DNA from: Octopus bimaculoides
Lineage: Eukaryota
Direction: 5' to 3'
Length of the DNA stretch: 64,000 nt
Assembly: GCF_001194135.2 (NCBI RefSeq)
Contig: NC_068991.1
Coordinates: forward strand, 52,640,832-52,704,831
This document shows positions 52,455 to 64,000 of this stretch, in pieces. Positions within the stretch are counted from its first letter, which is position 1. Each line of letters begins with the position of its first letter. The notes beneath the pieces were generated by a model. That model made no database searches and was not told where the DNA came from. It saw nothing but the letters and a program-made list of their open reading frames with translations. Both the position numbers and the translations under genes were made by a program.

Positions 52455-52925
52455 CCCCTCTCTCTCTCAGTCAATCACTCACTCAAAAAAGATGTGAGCA
52501 AAAATAAATTTTAAAAGTGTATGCTGTTACTCTTTCCCTTACACACACACACACACACACACACAGAGCGTACATTTTTAAAATTTATTTTTCCTCACAT
52601 CTTTTTTGAGTGATTGACTGAGAGAAAGAGAGAGTGAGAGAGAGAGAGAAAGAGAGAGAAAGTGTGTGTTGCTATGTGTGTGAGACAGAGAGAGAGAGAT
52701 AGCGTAAATTTTATTTACATTTTCTTGCATCTTTTTTGAGTGAGTGTGTATTTGACTGAGAGAAAGAGAGGCGTTACGCTATCACACACTCTCTCTCTCT
52801 CTCAGTCAATCACTCACTCAAAAAAGATATGAGGAAAAATGAATTTTAAAATGTATGCTGTCACTCCCTCTCTCCCTCACATGCACACACATCAACACAC
52901 ACCTTTTCTCTCTCTCTCTCTCATA
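52455..52925. repeat. Cluster of inverted repeats interleaved with (CA)n/(GA)n
   Basis: ctctcagtcaatcactcactcaaaaaagatgtgag..aaattttaaaa occurs forward at 52465 and 52798 and in reverse at 52575-52625 and 52705-52765. Confidence 0.75.
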
Positions 52926-55900
52926 CACACACTTTTGAGGTTAGTGATAGAAGAGATCCTATAGATGAAAGTATATTTCATTGGCGATCTTTTGTTTTTA
53001 GTCGAGAGATGTCAATGATCTATCAGCTGTTAAGGTACAGCATTCGGTAAATTCTGTAAAAAATGATCATTTATTTGTTTTTGTGGCTGGAGCAGACTTT
53101 AGCTATTGCTCTGGCAGCCAGGTGCTTGCAACTGAAGATAAGCCAAATAGCTTGGAACTGAGTTAGTCTCACGATGCTATAATCTGCTAGAGGATGGTAG
53201 CAATATATATTGTATATAAAAGGTAGTGTTGCACTGATAACCAGCTGGCAGAATATTTGCTAGTATAGATCGGAAGNNNNNNNNNNNNNNNNNNNNNNNN
53301 NNNNNNNNNNNNNNNNNNNNNNNNNNNNNNNNNNNNNNNNNNNNNNNNNNNNNNNNNATGTAGATTCAGGTGAATATGGTACATCAGTTGAGGCACCAGA
53401 ATTTAGTATGGTATTATCCATACAATTTCAAAGTAAGGTGATTAAAATCAAAATAAGCAACAAGGATATCCAAAGGTAAGGCAGCACAATCGTTTCATGC
53501 ACTCCATTTAATTGAACAATGTAATCATTCCACCAATTTAAAATGTAGAGCAATCCTCAGCTACACAAAAATATCAAATTTAATTAAATTAGAACAGATG
53601 GACGCGTTAGTATAATTATACTTAAAATCTCCAAGAAGTTAAGGAGATAGACAGAGAACATGTTGCTTCTACTATAACATAGAAGTTAATAAATAAATTG
53701 TCAAGAAGACTCTGCCTGTCACTGATTTTATTTGTTTTTATGGGGTCAGTTTTAATTTATAGACTAGTTTATCAAACCTTGTATATCTAAGGCTGAGAGA
53801 ATAAAGGGCATTATCTATTAGGGGTAGGACTGAGAGAGCAGACAGAAATCATAGTTGGTATAGTCATAAAAATCAAGAGGTTTGGTAAAAGAAAACTTAA
53901 AACAGGGGAAGTCTTATCATGTAGTACTATAGTTAAATGTTTTAAAACAATGTTGCTATATTGTATATGGATAAAGTTTATGGTTATTCAGAGGGGTTTT
54001 AAGAAGAATATATTAACAAAAGGATAAAAATTTATGGATACTTTTGAGTATATACCAAACTTTTACCACAATAGAGGGAGGAAAAGAAATTATTCAGAAA
54101 TAATTTAATATTTATACATATTATACACTTAAATACTAACTCATCAGATGGTATCAATTAGAGCAGAATACCATAGAAATAAAATAGCTTAATTACTAAT
54201 GCTATTGTAATGTATATTTAGCTTATTAACACCAATAGAGAAGATTTATGGAAAGAGTATAATAATTCAAAATATATTGGACTAAAAATTATATATTTAC
54301 TTATTTAGCAAAAAAAAAAAAAAAAAGACTGATGTCTGGTATCAGTTAAAGGAATATTTAAGTTATGGAACATTCAAATTTTATACTAATCTTTCTATAT
54401 ATAAACTGAGGGATTATATTATGGGTTTAAAACTTTTCTTTAACATTCTTTTCTATTTTCTTTAGGTGTGTCTCCTAAACGCTATTGAATTCAGTTTCAC
54501 CATTGGTTGCTGTCATTTGGAAGTTGGTAGTTCTCTTAAAACTAGTGTAGTATCTGGTTAGAGAATCATTAACTTGGAAAATAGATGTCATTTGCAAAGC
54601 TCCTCCAAACTTGATTTTTGTAGTTCAAAGGAGTGGACAGCTGCACTCAAGACATATCCAATAAAAATTAATCTTTTGAGTTAATCTGTATCCTTGAAAT
54701 TTGTTGTTAGTTATTTATTCTTTATAGAAAATAACCACCATATGCAAATGTATATGTATATATACATTCGTGTGTGTGTGTGTTCTCTTTTACTTTTAAT
54801 TGTTCAAAATCTTCTTGTAAGGAAGCAACTGGTTTATAACAAAGATACAAAATTCCATTGTTGAAATGTAGACAACAATGTCACATTTTAAACTTACATA
54901 TTTTTACTGTTATACTTACAGATTGTATTTGTAATGTGTGAAGTATTATAGGTACAAATATGAATTTATAATCTGGTTATAGAAGCTGGAGGTTCAAAGC
55001 AGTTTCTTGTAGTTATCCTCTTTCTCTTCGATTTTTCAGAGATATTCACATCAGCAGGGTAGCTGACCCATATCATGGTACATATTTTTTCTAGTCTGTG
55101 TCCCAAAGAATAATGTTTGGCCTGTTATGTTTGTAAATATTGATAGGGATGTTTTCCCAATAGCCCTTGTATTCATGTTTATGTATGTATTCAATAACAG
55201 TGCAGAGTGGGGGGTGAGGTGTTTCTATATTCATCTCAGGACATTCTTGTTTTTTTTTTTTGCGGGTGGTATTGTATATTGTTTTAACAACAACGGCATG
55301 TCACATTGAATGGTAGTACTTTGATGACATTTTTGGGTAGCTGCTGATATGTGTCATGTCTTCCACAGAAATGTTACATAATTTACATTTCCAGTTGCAT
55401 CTTGGGACTCTGCTGGCTTAACTGTCTCTTTTGTTTACTAGGTATTTTATAGCAATCTCCTGTTCTTGGATTGCAAATCTATAGTCATCAAAGCACAATA
55501 TAATGTAGCAGTTTCAAGTCCAAGAAACCCTGCACTTCATGTCAATATTACTGTTGTCTTTACATCATCAGGAAATATACAACCAACTGATGTCATAGAT
55601 GCATGATGGGATATTACTACATATAGTAGTATTAGTTTTCAGTAGTAATTATTTTCAGTCAATATAGTAAGACAAGAAGCTCACAGAATCGTTAGCAGTA
55701 TTTCGCCTGTCTTTATATTCTGAGTACAAATTCCATCAAGATCAACTTGGGCTTCATTCCTTCAGGGTCGATAAAATAAGTACCATTTGAGCCCTGGGGT
55801 TAATGTAATCAACTTATCTTTACCCTAAACTTGCTGCCTTTGTGCCAAAATTTAAAACCAATGTAGGACATGGTAGACATTCGATTACTGCTTCTTGTAT

Positions 55901-57313
55901 GGAATATTGGTAATTTGATGGGTAATTTGATGATAAACCTTTGGAGTATAAAATCTTTTTATCCTAATTTTCTGATTTTTGCTTGATGATTATTTTACTT
56001 ATGTGGATAACATCTTCTGAAAGATTTTAAGCATACTAATTTCCATTTTGGTGTGGCAGGTAGTTTAGATCAATAAACTTTAAAAGAATTACACTATTTG
56101 TTGTAAACAAATGATTCAACATTAAAAAAGTAGTAAATTATGTAGTGCTGCAGCTTGGCCTCAGCCTTTGGCTTGAAACTCACAATTGAATAAAACTTCT
56201 ATAATTTCAAACAAATTCTGTGTTAGAGAACAGCTTCCTTAAATTCAATGGATCTTAATTTTATTTTAATTTTTCCTTGATATCATGCATTTTAGCAGCA
56301 TGACTCTTTTTTCATGATTTACATGCCTTTCCATGCTGTCATGAGTTAATCCATTGTCATCTGATACCCATGAAAGATAACTGTTTGGTTTTGTCATGAG
56401 AAAATACCACTTTTCTAAAAGATTTGACTGGCATCCTCTACTTAGTATTGTTCACACTTGAAACAGTATAACATATATCCGTTACATACTTGAGAAATAT
56501 TCATTCAAGTGACCAAACCCTTTATGGCAATAATCATGTCAGTGTTATATATATATATGAAAAAAATATGAATCATATTAATAGTTATCGCCAAGCCAAC
56601 ATGGCAATCCAAAAAATAGGACAAAAGCTGCCATTGATTAGCTCCAAGAGGCCATCGCCTCTAGCTAGCTATGTGACACACGAACCTGTGTCCATTATAA
56701 CCTTCGAACAGGGGAGGTCAGGTGCTTCCCCTTGCTGGTCTGGCATCTACAGACTAGTTTCAGGGTATTGCCCCTTATCAATGTAGAGCAGCCAAACCCA
56801 GCAGGCGTTGCTACTGACCGTCTGTATGAAGGATTATTTACCTAAATTCAGTGGAATACATCCACTGGTTTTCAAAAATAGAAATATTAATATTTCTAAG
56901 TTTCTCTAAAGGAGACTACGGCAGCGGTACTGGATATTAAGTTATTGCCAAGCTAATATGGCAGTCTAGAAAAATAGGACGAATGCTGCTGTTAATTAGC
57001 CTCCAGCATTGTTTACATAAAACAGCTATATTTTGATATATTATATTCACATGTACTTATGTTAATTATTTTGTGTCAATTAGGTCAACAGAATACTTTT
57101 ACTTCACCAACAAAGTACAGTCATGAAATTACATACTCTCTCTGATTGATATTTTGAGTTTTAATGTAGTCTTCTGAATTGTTTTGATAGTAGGATGGTG
57201 GACATGTTAGAGCGTGGGACCAAATACATTGTAGTATTTAGTTACTAACTTTTACATTCTATATTCAAATCCCATCAAAGTTAACTTTGCCTTTTGTGCT
57301 TCTGTGTTAGATA

Positions 57314-58513
57314 TGTAAGGGAATGACTGGGTCACCGATTGTAAGGAACGACCGTGTGAACTCAAAAAAGGAGAAATAGTGACAAATGGAAAAACAGAGG
57401 ACTCCTTTTATTTAAACGTGTCACACGGTCGAACACAACAATATTATATATCAATAATGATATTCATGATATGTTATACGACGATAACATAGATGAACAG
57501 TAATGAAAGACCACAACCGTATTAGATGAATAACAGAAATATTTATTGTAGCGTTAAAGATGTATGTCTGTGTGAGAGTGTGAATGCGACATATAAGAAC
57601 ATAATCAAAGACAGGCCGTCGTACAAAGAAAAGTATGTATGTGAGTGATACATGTGTGTGTATGTTAGTTATTACAGCAGAGAGAAAGAGAGTCAATAAC
57701 ACGTGAGCAATTTTATACCAGTTCTTGTGTACCCAATAGTATGAGTCTGTATGTGAAGTGAGGGGAGGCTGAGTGTGGCAGAGCTGATCACTAGTTGTGA
57801 TGTCGTGGCATCGATGCCAGGCCGTGATTCTTGTTATACAGATGTTCGTCGCTGGCTGAGAACTCNNNNNNNNNNNNNNNNNNNNNNNNNNNNNNNNNNN
57901 NNNNNNNNNNNNNNNNNNNNNNNNNNNNNNNNNNNNNNNNNNNNNNNNNNNNNNNNNNNNNNNNNNNNNNNNNNNNNNNNNNNNNNNNNNNNNNNNNNNN
58001 NNNNNNNNNNNNNNNNNNNNNNNNNNNNNNNNNNNNNNNNNNNNNNNNNNNNNNNNNNNNNNNNNNNNNNNNNNNNNNNNNNNNNNNNNNNNNNNNNNNN
58101 NNNNNNNNNNNNNNNNNNNNNNNNNNNNNNNNNNNNNNNNNNNNNNNNNNNNNNNNNNNNNNNNNNNNNAATTGTTGCTGCTGCTGTCGTGTGGTACACG
58201 GAACAGTCTCTATAGAGAAACTGGACCGAGACAAATTTGTTGGGTATGAGTTAAAGCTATTTATAACAAACTATCGGCTCCCGAAGGCTTCAGTTTAATA
58301 CTCTATCACATGACCTTATTAAGGGCTGTGATTGGTCGGTTTGCGTTCTGGCGGGAACGGTTCGAAGAAGTTGCCGATTCGAATAATAATCAGTCACGTG
58401 ATGACAAGGAATGGGTTCTCTACTACGCTCGCGTTTATTTATATTTAAATGAGAAGATTGTATGTAATGGCGATAGTAGTTTGTATCTAATGGCGGGAGG
58501 TAGTTTCACTACA
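57314..58513 (+). mobile_element. Solo LTR (Gypsy-like), spans a gap
   Basis: TG..CA termini (tgtaaggg ... tttcactaca) with a 4-bp TSD GATA at 57310-57313 and 58514-58517. Confidence 0.75.
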
Positions 58514-58743
58514 GATAAACTAAAGTACTAGTCAAATACTGGGGTGTTTTCTACACCTATAAAAGATCCTAGATCTGAATGGAATTATGATAAAAGCCCA
58601 ACCTTCTATTTATGGTTCAATATCTTGTTTCTCTTTCCTCTTCCAGATCAAAAACCTGCTGGTTCTTCACTAATTTCTTCTAGCTTTGCTTTTATTCTGT
58701 TTGAGATGATTTTGAGTAGAATTTTGCTATAATGCAATAGTTC

Positions 58744-59726
58744 TGTAATAGAACGACCGTGCAAACCAAAGGAGAATGGCGACGTGTGGAAACAGGCTCC
58801 TTTTAATGTGACACACGGTCGACACAAAACATGTTATAACATAAGAGGGCTCACAATGTGAGATGCGAGCAAGTACCAGTAAAGGAAAGAGAGAGTGACA
58901 GACAACCGTTAGATATATATAAAGGGTAGGTTTATTAACATAGTGAACTGTGTGTCTGTGTGTGCGTGCATGCGGCAATATAAACAACACAATATATATG
59001 ACGCACCGTCGTGTGAACAATAGTGTGTATACAATGATATGTGGGTACTACTAAAGCAGCGCGGACCCGAACGCGCAGTCGCGCGTCCGCTCTAGCTAGT
59101 CTTGAGTGGTCGATCCTAACCCTAACCCTGTCCCTAACCCTAACCCTAACCCTAACCCTAACCCTATCCCTAACCCGCGTGTGCAAATGAATACGTGTTT
59201 AGGGTTAGGGTTAGGATCGACCACTCACGACTAGCTAGCGCGGACGCGCGACTGCGCGTTCGGGTCCGCGCTGCTTTAGTAGTACCTGTATGTGTGTGAG
59301 TGAGTGAGAAATACAGAGCATTGAATAAGTACTGTAACATAGACTATAAGAGTCCTGAACAAAGATAGAGAAATACCAGTTCATAGAAGAGTTACACAGT
59401 AGGTAGAATGTTCGTATGCAAGAAGTCGTAGCTGAATAGCAGAGCTGTGTGAGGTCTGAAGTCGAGACAAACTGGCGTGGATGAAGCGAGACTATAGATA
59501 AAAAAGGGGCTCACGAAACAAGCAAAAAAAAAATTCTCACGTGACCTTAACAGAAGGCCACGATTGGACGGTATGCACCCTTGAGCGAAACAAAACTGGA
59601 GATAAATGCCGCGCAAATAAGAGCCAATCAGGGTGATGGACACAAGGGTCCAAGCGGCCGAAAGCTAGATGTTAGCCGCTATGACATCATTCGTAAATAA
59701 ATACCCAAGAGAGAGGTTTCACTACA
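58744..59726 (+). mobile_element. Solo LTR (Gypsy-like) carrying a nested MITE
   Basis: Termini tgtaatag ... tttcactaca with a 4-bp TSD GTTC at 58740-58743 and 59727-59730. Confidence 0.85.
59044..59286. mobile_element. GC-rich MITE with long TIRs enclosing (CCCTAA)n ... (TTAGGG)n
   Basis: GGTACTACTAAAGCAGCGCGGACCCGAACGCGCAGTCGCGCGTCCGC and its perfect reverse complement. The element is absent from the related LTR copy at about 19255-19270. Confidence 0.9.
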
Positions 59727-60502
59727 GTTCTATTGCAATATCTTTTCTGGACATCTTTTTGGGGAATGAGTACAAATATTAATGTAACCTAATCATTTGA
59801 CCAGCTTTATTTATGCAGATTGAAGTCCATAGTTTGTTAAAGTATGCTGTTATATAATTATTGACACCTGTAATTAACTCAGCTGTTATTTAATTGAAAC
59901 CAGGACTTTTGTTATGTTTAAGTTCTCTAATTGCTTTCTCTACTTCAGAGTAGATGGGTTGTGTTTAATTGGTGTCAATAGGATTGTGTTTTAATGGTGG
60001 TACCTTACTGTTGTCATTTGAATTATAATGGTCATTGCAACGTGCTTCCATCTCTCTTTGATTTCATTACCTCCACAGAGTATTTTTCTAATCTCATTTT
60101 TAACTGTGTCAATTGTTGGTTTAAATTTCTTCGCTAGATTTTTCACTGCCTAGCAAAGACCTTTTCCTAGATTTGTGATCAAAGTGATTTCTGTGAGTAG
60201 GCGTTGTTTGTTTATTTGTCTTTCTGTATCTCTCTATTCATCATTCGCTGGACTGTTGCATTTTGGATTTAATACCTTGTTAAGTCTGTTGCACTGCAAA
60301 TTCCATTAGATTTCATCATCCTTCTTTTGTAAACTTCAGCTAGGGTTTCATTAGATATCCAATGGTTATTCTTTCTTTTCTTTTTGTGAATTTTCTCTTT
60401 GGCAGTGTTAATTATGATATGTTTTCCTTCTCAGAATTCATTTGGGGTCTTTTCTTCTTCACTTCATAGAAGTGTTTCAAAGTAGTTGGAAATATGTATC
60501 TT

Positions 60503-60538
<36 letters not shown>

Positions 60539-60604
60539 TCAGCAGCAGCAGCAGCTGAAATCCTTGAAATTTCAAAGTTCTTGAATAACATTATCCTTGA
60601 GTCT

Positions 60605-61895
60605 TTATCATCATCATCACCGTTTAACGTCCGCCTTCCATGTTAACATGGGTTGGACGATTTGACTGAGGACTGGCGAACCAGATGGCTACACCAGGCT
60701 CCAATCTGATTTGGCAGTGTTTCTACAGCTGGATGCCCTTCTTAACGCCAACCACTCCGAGAGTGTAGTGGGTGCTTTTACGTGCCACCGGCACGAAGGC
60801 CAGTCAGGCAGTACTGGCAACAGCCACGCTCAAATAGTGTTTTTTATGTGCCACCTGCACAGGAGCCAATCCAGCGGCACTGGCAACGACTTCGCTCAGA
60901 TGTTTTTTCACGTGCCACCGGCACAAGTGCCAGTAAGGCGATGCTGGTAAAGATCACGCTCAAATGGTGCTGTTTATGTGCCACTGGCACAGAAGCCAGA
61001 CAGCTGCTCTGGCAATGATCATGCTTGGACGGTGCTGTTAGCGCTCCACTGGTACAGGTACCAGTCATTGAATTTGGTTCAATCACGATTTTGATTTCAC
61101 TTGCCCCAACAGGTCTTCGCAAGCTGAGTTTAGTGTCCAATGAAGGAGAGGTTGGCATGGGTGCCAGTCATTGAATTTGGTTCGATTTCGATTTCATTTG
61201 CCTCAACAGGCCTTCGCAAGCAGAGTTTAGTGCCCAATGAAGGAAAGGTACTATAAGTGGGCTGGCTACACCCCTGGCAGAGGCCTCGGATTATGGTCTC
61301 ACGTGGCTTGCCAGGTCTTTTCATGCACAGCATATTTCCAAAGGTCTTGGTCACAAGTCATTGCCTCGGTGAGGCCTAATGTTTGAAGGTCGTGCTTCAC
61401 CACCTCATCCCAGGTCTTCCTAGGTCTACCTCTTCCACAGGTTCCCTCAATCGCTAGGGTGTGGCACTTTTCTCACAGCTATCGTCATCCATTCTCGCCA
61501 CATGACCATACCAGCGCAATCGTCTCTCTTGCACACCACAACTGATGCTTCTTAGGTTCAACTTTTCTCTCAAAGTACTTACACTCTGTCAAGTATGCAC
61601 ACTGACATTACACATCCATCGGAGCATACTGGCTTCATTCCTTGCGAGCTTACGCATGTCCTCAGCAGTCACGGCCCATGTTTCACTGCCATGTAGCATG
61701 GCTGTTTGTACACATGCGTCATACAGTCTGCCTTTTACTCTGAGAGAGAGACCCTTTGTCACCAGCAGAGCTCTCTGAACTTTGCCCAGGCTATTCTTAT
61801 TCTGGCAGCTACACTTTCAGCGCACCCTCCCCCGCTACTGACTTGGTCACATAGGTAACAGAAGCTATCAACTACTTTCATTGTTTTTTCTGCCA
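60605..61895 (-). mobile_element. RTE-clade LINE 3-prime end (RT C-terminus plus 3-prime UTR/tail)
   Basis: [36 protein letters not shown], followed by the family 3-prime UTR and a gatgatgat tail. Confidence 0.88.
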
Positions 61896-62806
61896 CTTCT
61901 TTAGGTGGGGTCAACGTCAGGCTGGTACCCTTCTTTGCGATGAGTTCGTTAAACTCCTTCAATCTTTTCTCTTCAAATTTCACTTCTCTCACTTGTAGTA
62001 TATCCGTAGTCAAACTCTTTCCAGTTGCTGCCGCATAGCTACCGACTGGTTGGGTCTCCATATTTTCGTTTGTTACAACTTCGCCCATAAATGTGGAAGA
62101 AAACAATTAAGCAAAAATAACAATTCAATTAATTAACAGTAGGTACGAAAGATCTTCAACAAGCATCAACAAAGCGATTTACAAGTATACTCAAACAAAC
62201 TTCACTCAACTCTGGGTCCCAGGTCGCTTGTCACAAAAACTCTTCTCCCTAGGAACTTAGCAAGCCAGAACTTCCCATTTTATAACTGAAAAATAGACGC
62301 TAGGCTAGTCCATTAGGTTAAAGATGTGGGCAGTCCAAGTAAAGCTAGATTGATCCATCCAACCGTCACGTGGTAAACCAAAATGTGTAGTTAAAAGCGA
62401 AAAGCTTCAATGTGGGCAGCTAAAGTTCAAGATCGCTCATGCTGCCGTTATAGGATGGGCAAGATTAAAGTGCAGAACGAGTCGAAATAAATTCCTCGAG
62501 TTAACGATCCTGCTAGCGCTATTACTGTATTTTTGACATATTCACAATTCTTTAAATATGTTTTTATATATCCGGGTCTTAAACGCAGCAGCTTTTTTTA
62601 AAATTTTTATTATTATTTTTGTTGTTGTTGTTTTTCAGTCTATTTATTCTGAAGATCTTGATTCTGAGTTTATTTCGAACGATACACGCCAATATAATAA
62701 TGTTGCTGCTAGTGTTGTTACTCTCCCGACCATGAATTGACTGAAACTATTCTTATTTACCGGATCAATATTTCAATCTCGACTAAATTTGCTACAGAAA
62801 GACACT

Positions 62807-62887
62807 ATGGAACAATTTTTAACGGCACTTATTCTGACACTGTTGTTTATTCATAACTCCGCCGAGTGCCCTGAACCTAAATATATT
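62807..62887 (+). CDS. First coding exon (signal peptide MEQFLTALILTLLFIHNSAECPEPKYI) of a second secreted or membrane protein gene, probable IL17R-like paralogue
   Basis: ATG, hydrophobic core, NSAE cleavage-like site, CP, then a phase-0 GTAAGT donor at 62888. Same layout as exon 1 of the first gene, with the same AATCTCGACT 10-mer about 22 nt upstream. The rest of the gene lies outside the window. Confidence 0.6.
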
Positions 62888-63641
62888 GTAAGTATGACAG
62901 TTAATGCAACAGTTTCATCTTGGCAATTTATGTATTTTTATCTCATTATCCAGGTATTTCTGCTTCATCTTTTGAAATGACTGTTTTTTTATATTTGTTT
63001 TCTCAAGTTGAATTTTCCTTTCAAACTGAAGTAATTTATTTTATCATTTATGCTATAAATTTGACAGTCTTGAAATGAATTAGCAGCGATTTATTTCTAC
63101 GAACTTTACCTGTTTAACCATTCTATATTAATCTATATACAGTTAATAATAATACAGTTAACAGTAATCTGCAAGCAATTAATATTTGATTATACTATAA
63201 TTAAACTAATCGACCTATAATTTTATATATTATGTGTTCAATGATACTATTTAAAGAGCTCCTTTAGAAACGCAGCTCTCCAAGAGAGTGAAATACAATT
63301 GAAAAAAGGTTATGAAAATGGAAAATAGCGCCCTATTCAATAACCGTAAGTTAGAAATATAAGTTCAATCAAGCATCACTCATCTTCTTGTATTGACTGA
63401 CATCTGTTGGATGCTACCTTAACAACCACAATCTGTTACGCTTGGCCAGGCCTGCTCAAGCATCTCACCCGTGACCATCCCGTCTTTTCCCTTTGAACAC
63501 GGAGCCCAAAACTACGCATCCACAACGTGTCCTTATCTAAGGCGGTTAGGAGTAATTTGAAGGAAATTGACTGTTATTTCGAGCGAGCCTCGAGCGCTTA
63601 CGCAGGGAGAGGCCCCTTCGTTGGTGTGTTGAACTCTAAAG

Positions 63642-64000
63642 CAGTGGTCCTCAACCAGGGGCCGTATGGCACCTCTCCCAGATATATAAAAAAAATTTTT
63701 GGTTTCCTTCGTTTTAGATGTCGGAGATTACGAATATGCCCCCCCTCCAAACCTTTTCAGATTTCCCCCTCTCCCTTCCCAATTTAAAATTTTGAACCTT
63801 TTCGAAATTTTTTTAAACCACCTATTCCAAATTTAAAATGCCCACCTCAACCTTCCTTCCCCCAAATTTATAATTTTTCAAATTTCACCCCACCCCCTCC
63901 GACGGACCTGGCGCACAGTCATCCCACAAAAAACGACATTTACGATATATTTTTTTTTTCAGCAGGTTTCTCTGTTTTCGATGACGGAGATTCCGAATAT
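63642..64000. mobile_element. DNA-transposon-derived repeat (hAT-like start CAGTGGTCCTCAACC), low-quality-looking sequence; related sequence at 13340-14170
   Basis: Shares tttt(c/g)g(a/t)ttcct(a/t)cgttttag and aaaaatttcgaaaa.g.ttcaaaattttaaa with the gap-flanking sequence in intron 1 of the first gene. Confidence 0.5.

Noticed and set aside
62558-62740. Hydrophobic ORF upstream of the second signal-peptide exon
   Set aside because: Hydrophobicity comes from T-rich (att/gtt)n low-complexity sequence, and there is no splice donor. At most a uORF.

Overview
AT-rich, repeat-dense animal genomic DNA with seven N-gaps. The SINE/RTE repeat families look like those of Octopus (coleoid cephalopod); this is an inference from pattern recognition. 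The main content is a + strand, 10-exon gene that I assembled by hand, with exons at 12002-12094, 21692-21719, 26288-26416, 28105-28217, 29837-29954, 32804-32967, 36072-36131, 37426-37528, 40269-40418 and 45423-46141. All introns are GT-AG with matching phases, and the exons total 1677 nt (558 aa plus stop). The product is a type I membrane protein: signal peptide, Cys-containing FnIII-like ectodomain, Thr/Pro stalk, TM helix and a cytoplasmic SEFIR domain ending in a PNWFE motif, i.e. an interleukin-17 receptor/Sef-like protein. A second signal-peptide exon at 62807-62887 has the same architecture and the same 10-mer just upstream of its ATG, suggesting a tandem paralogue that continues beyond the window. 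The rest is transposon debris: four mariner copies, a Tigger/pogo, hAT, Merlin, RTE, Tx1, Hero/R2-like and Penelope fragments, solo LTRs, MITEs (two containing telomeric repeats), SINEs and microsatellites. An inverted chimeric 28S rDNA fragment lies beside a gap in the last intron. No CRISPR or prokaryotic features. No database searches were run; family calls rest on recalled motifs.
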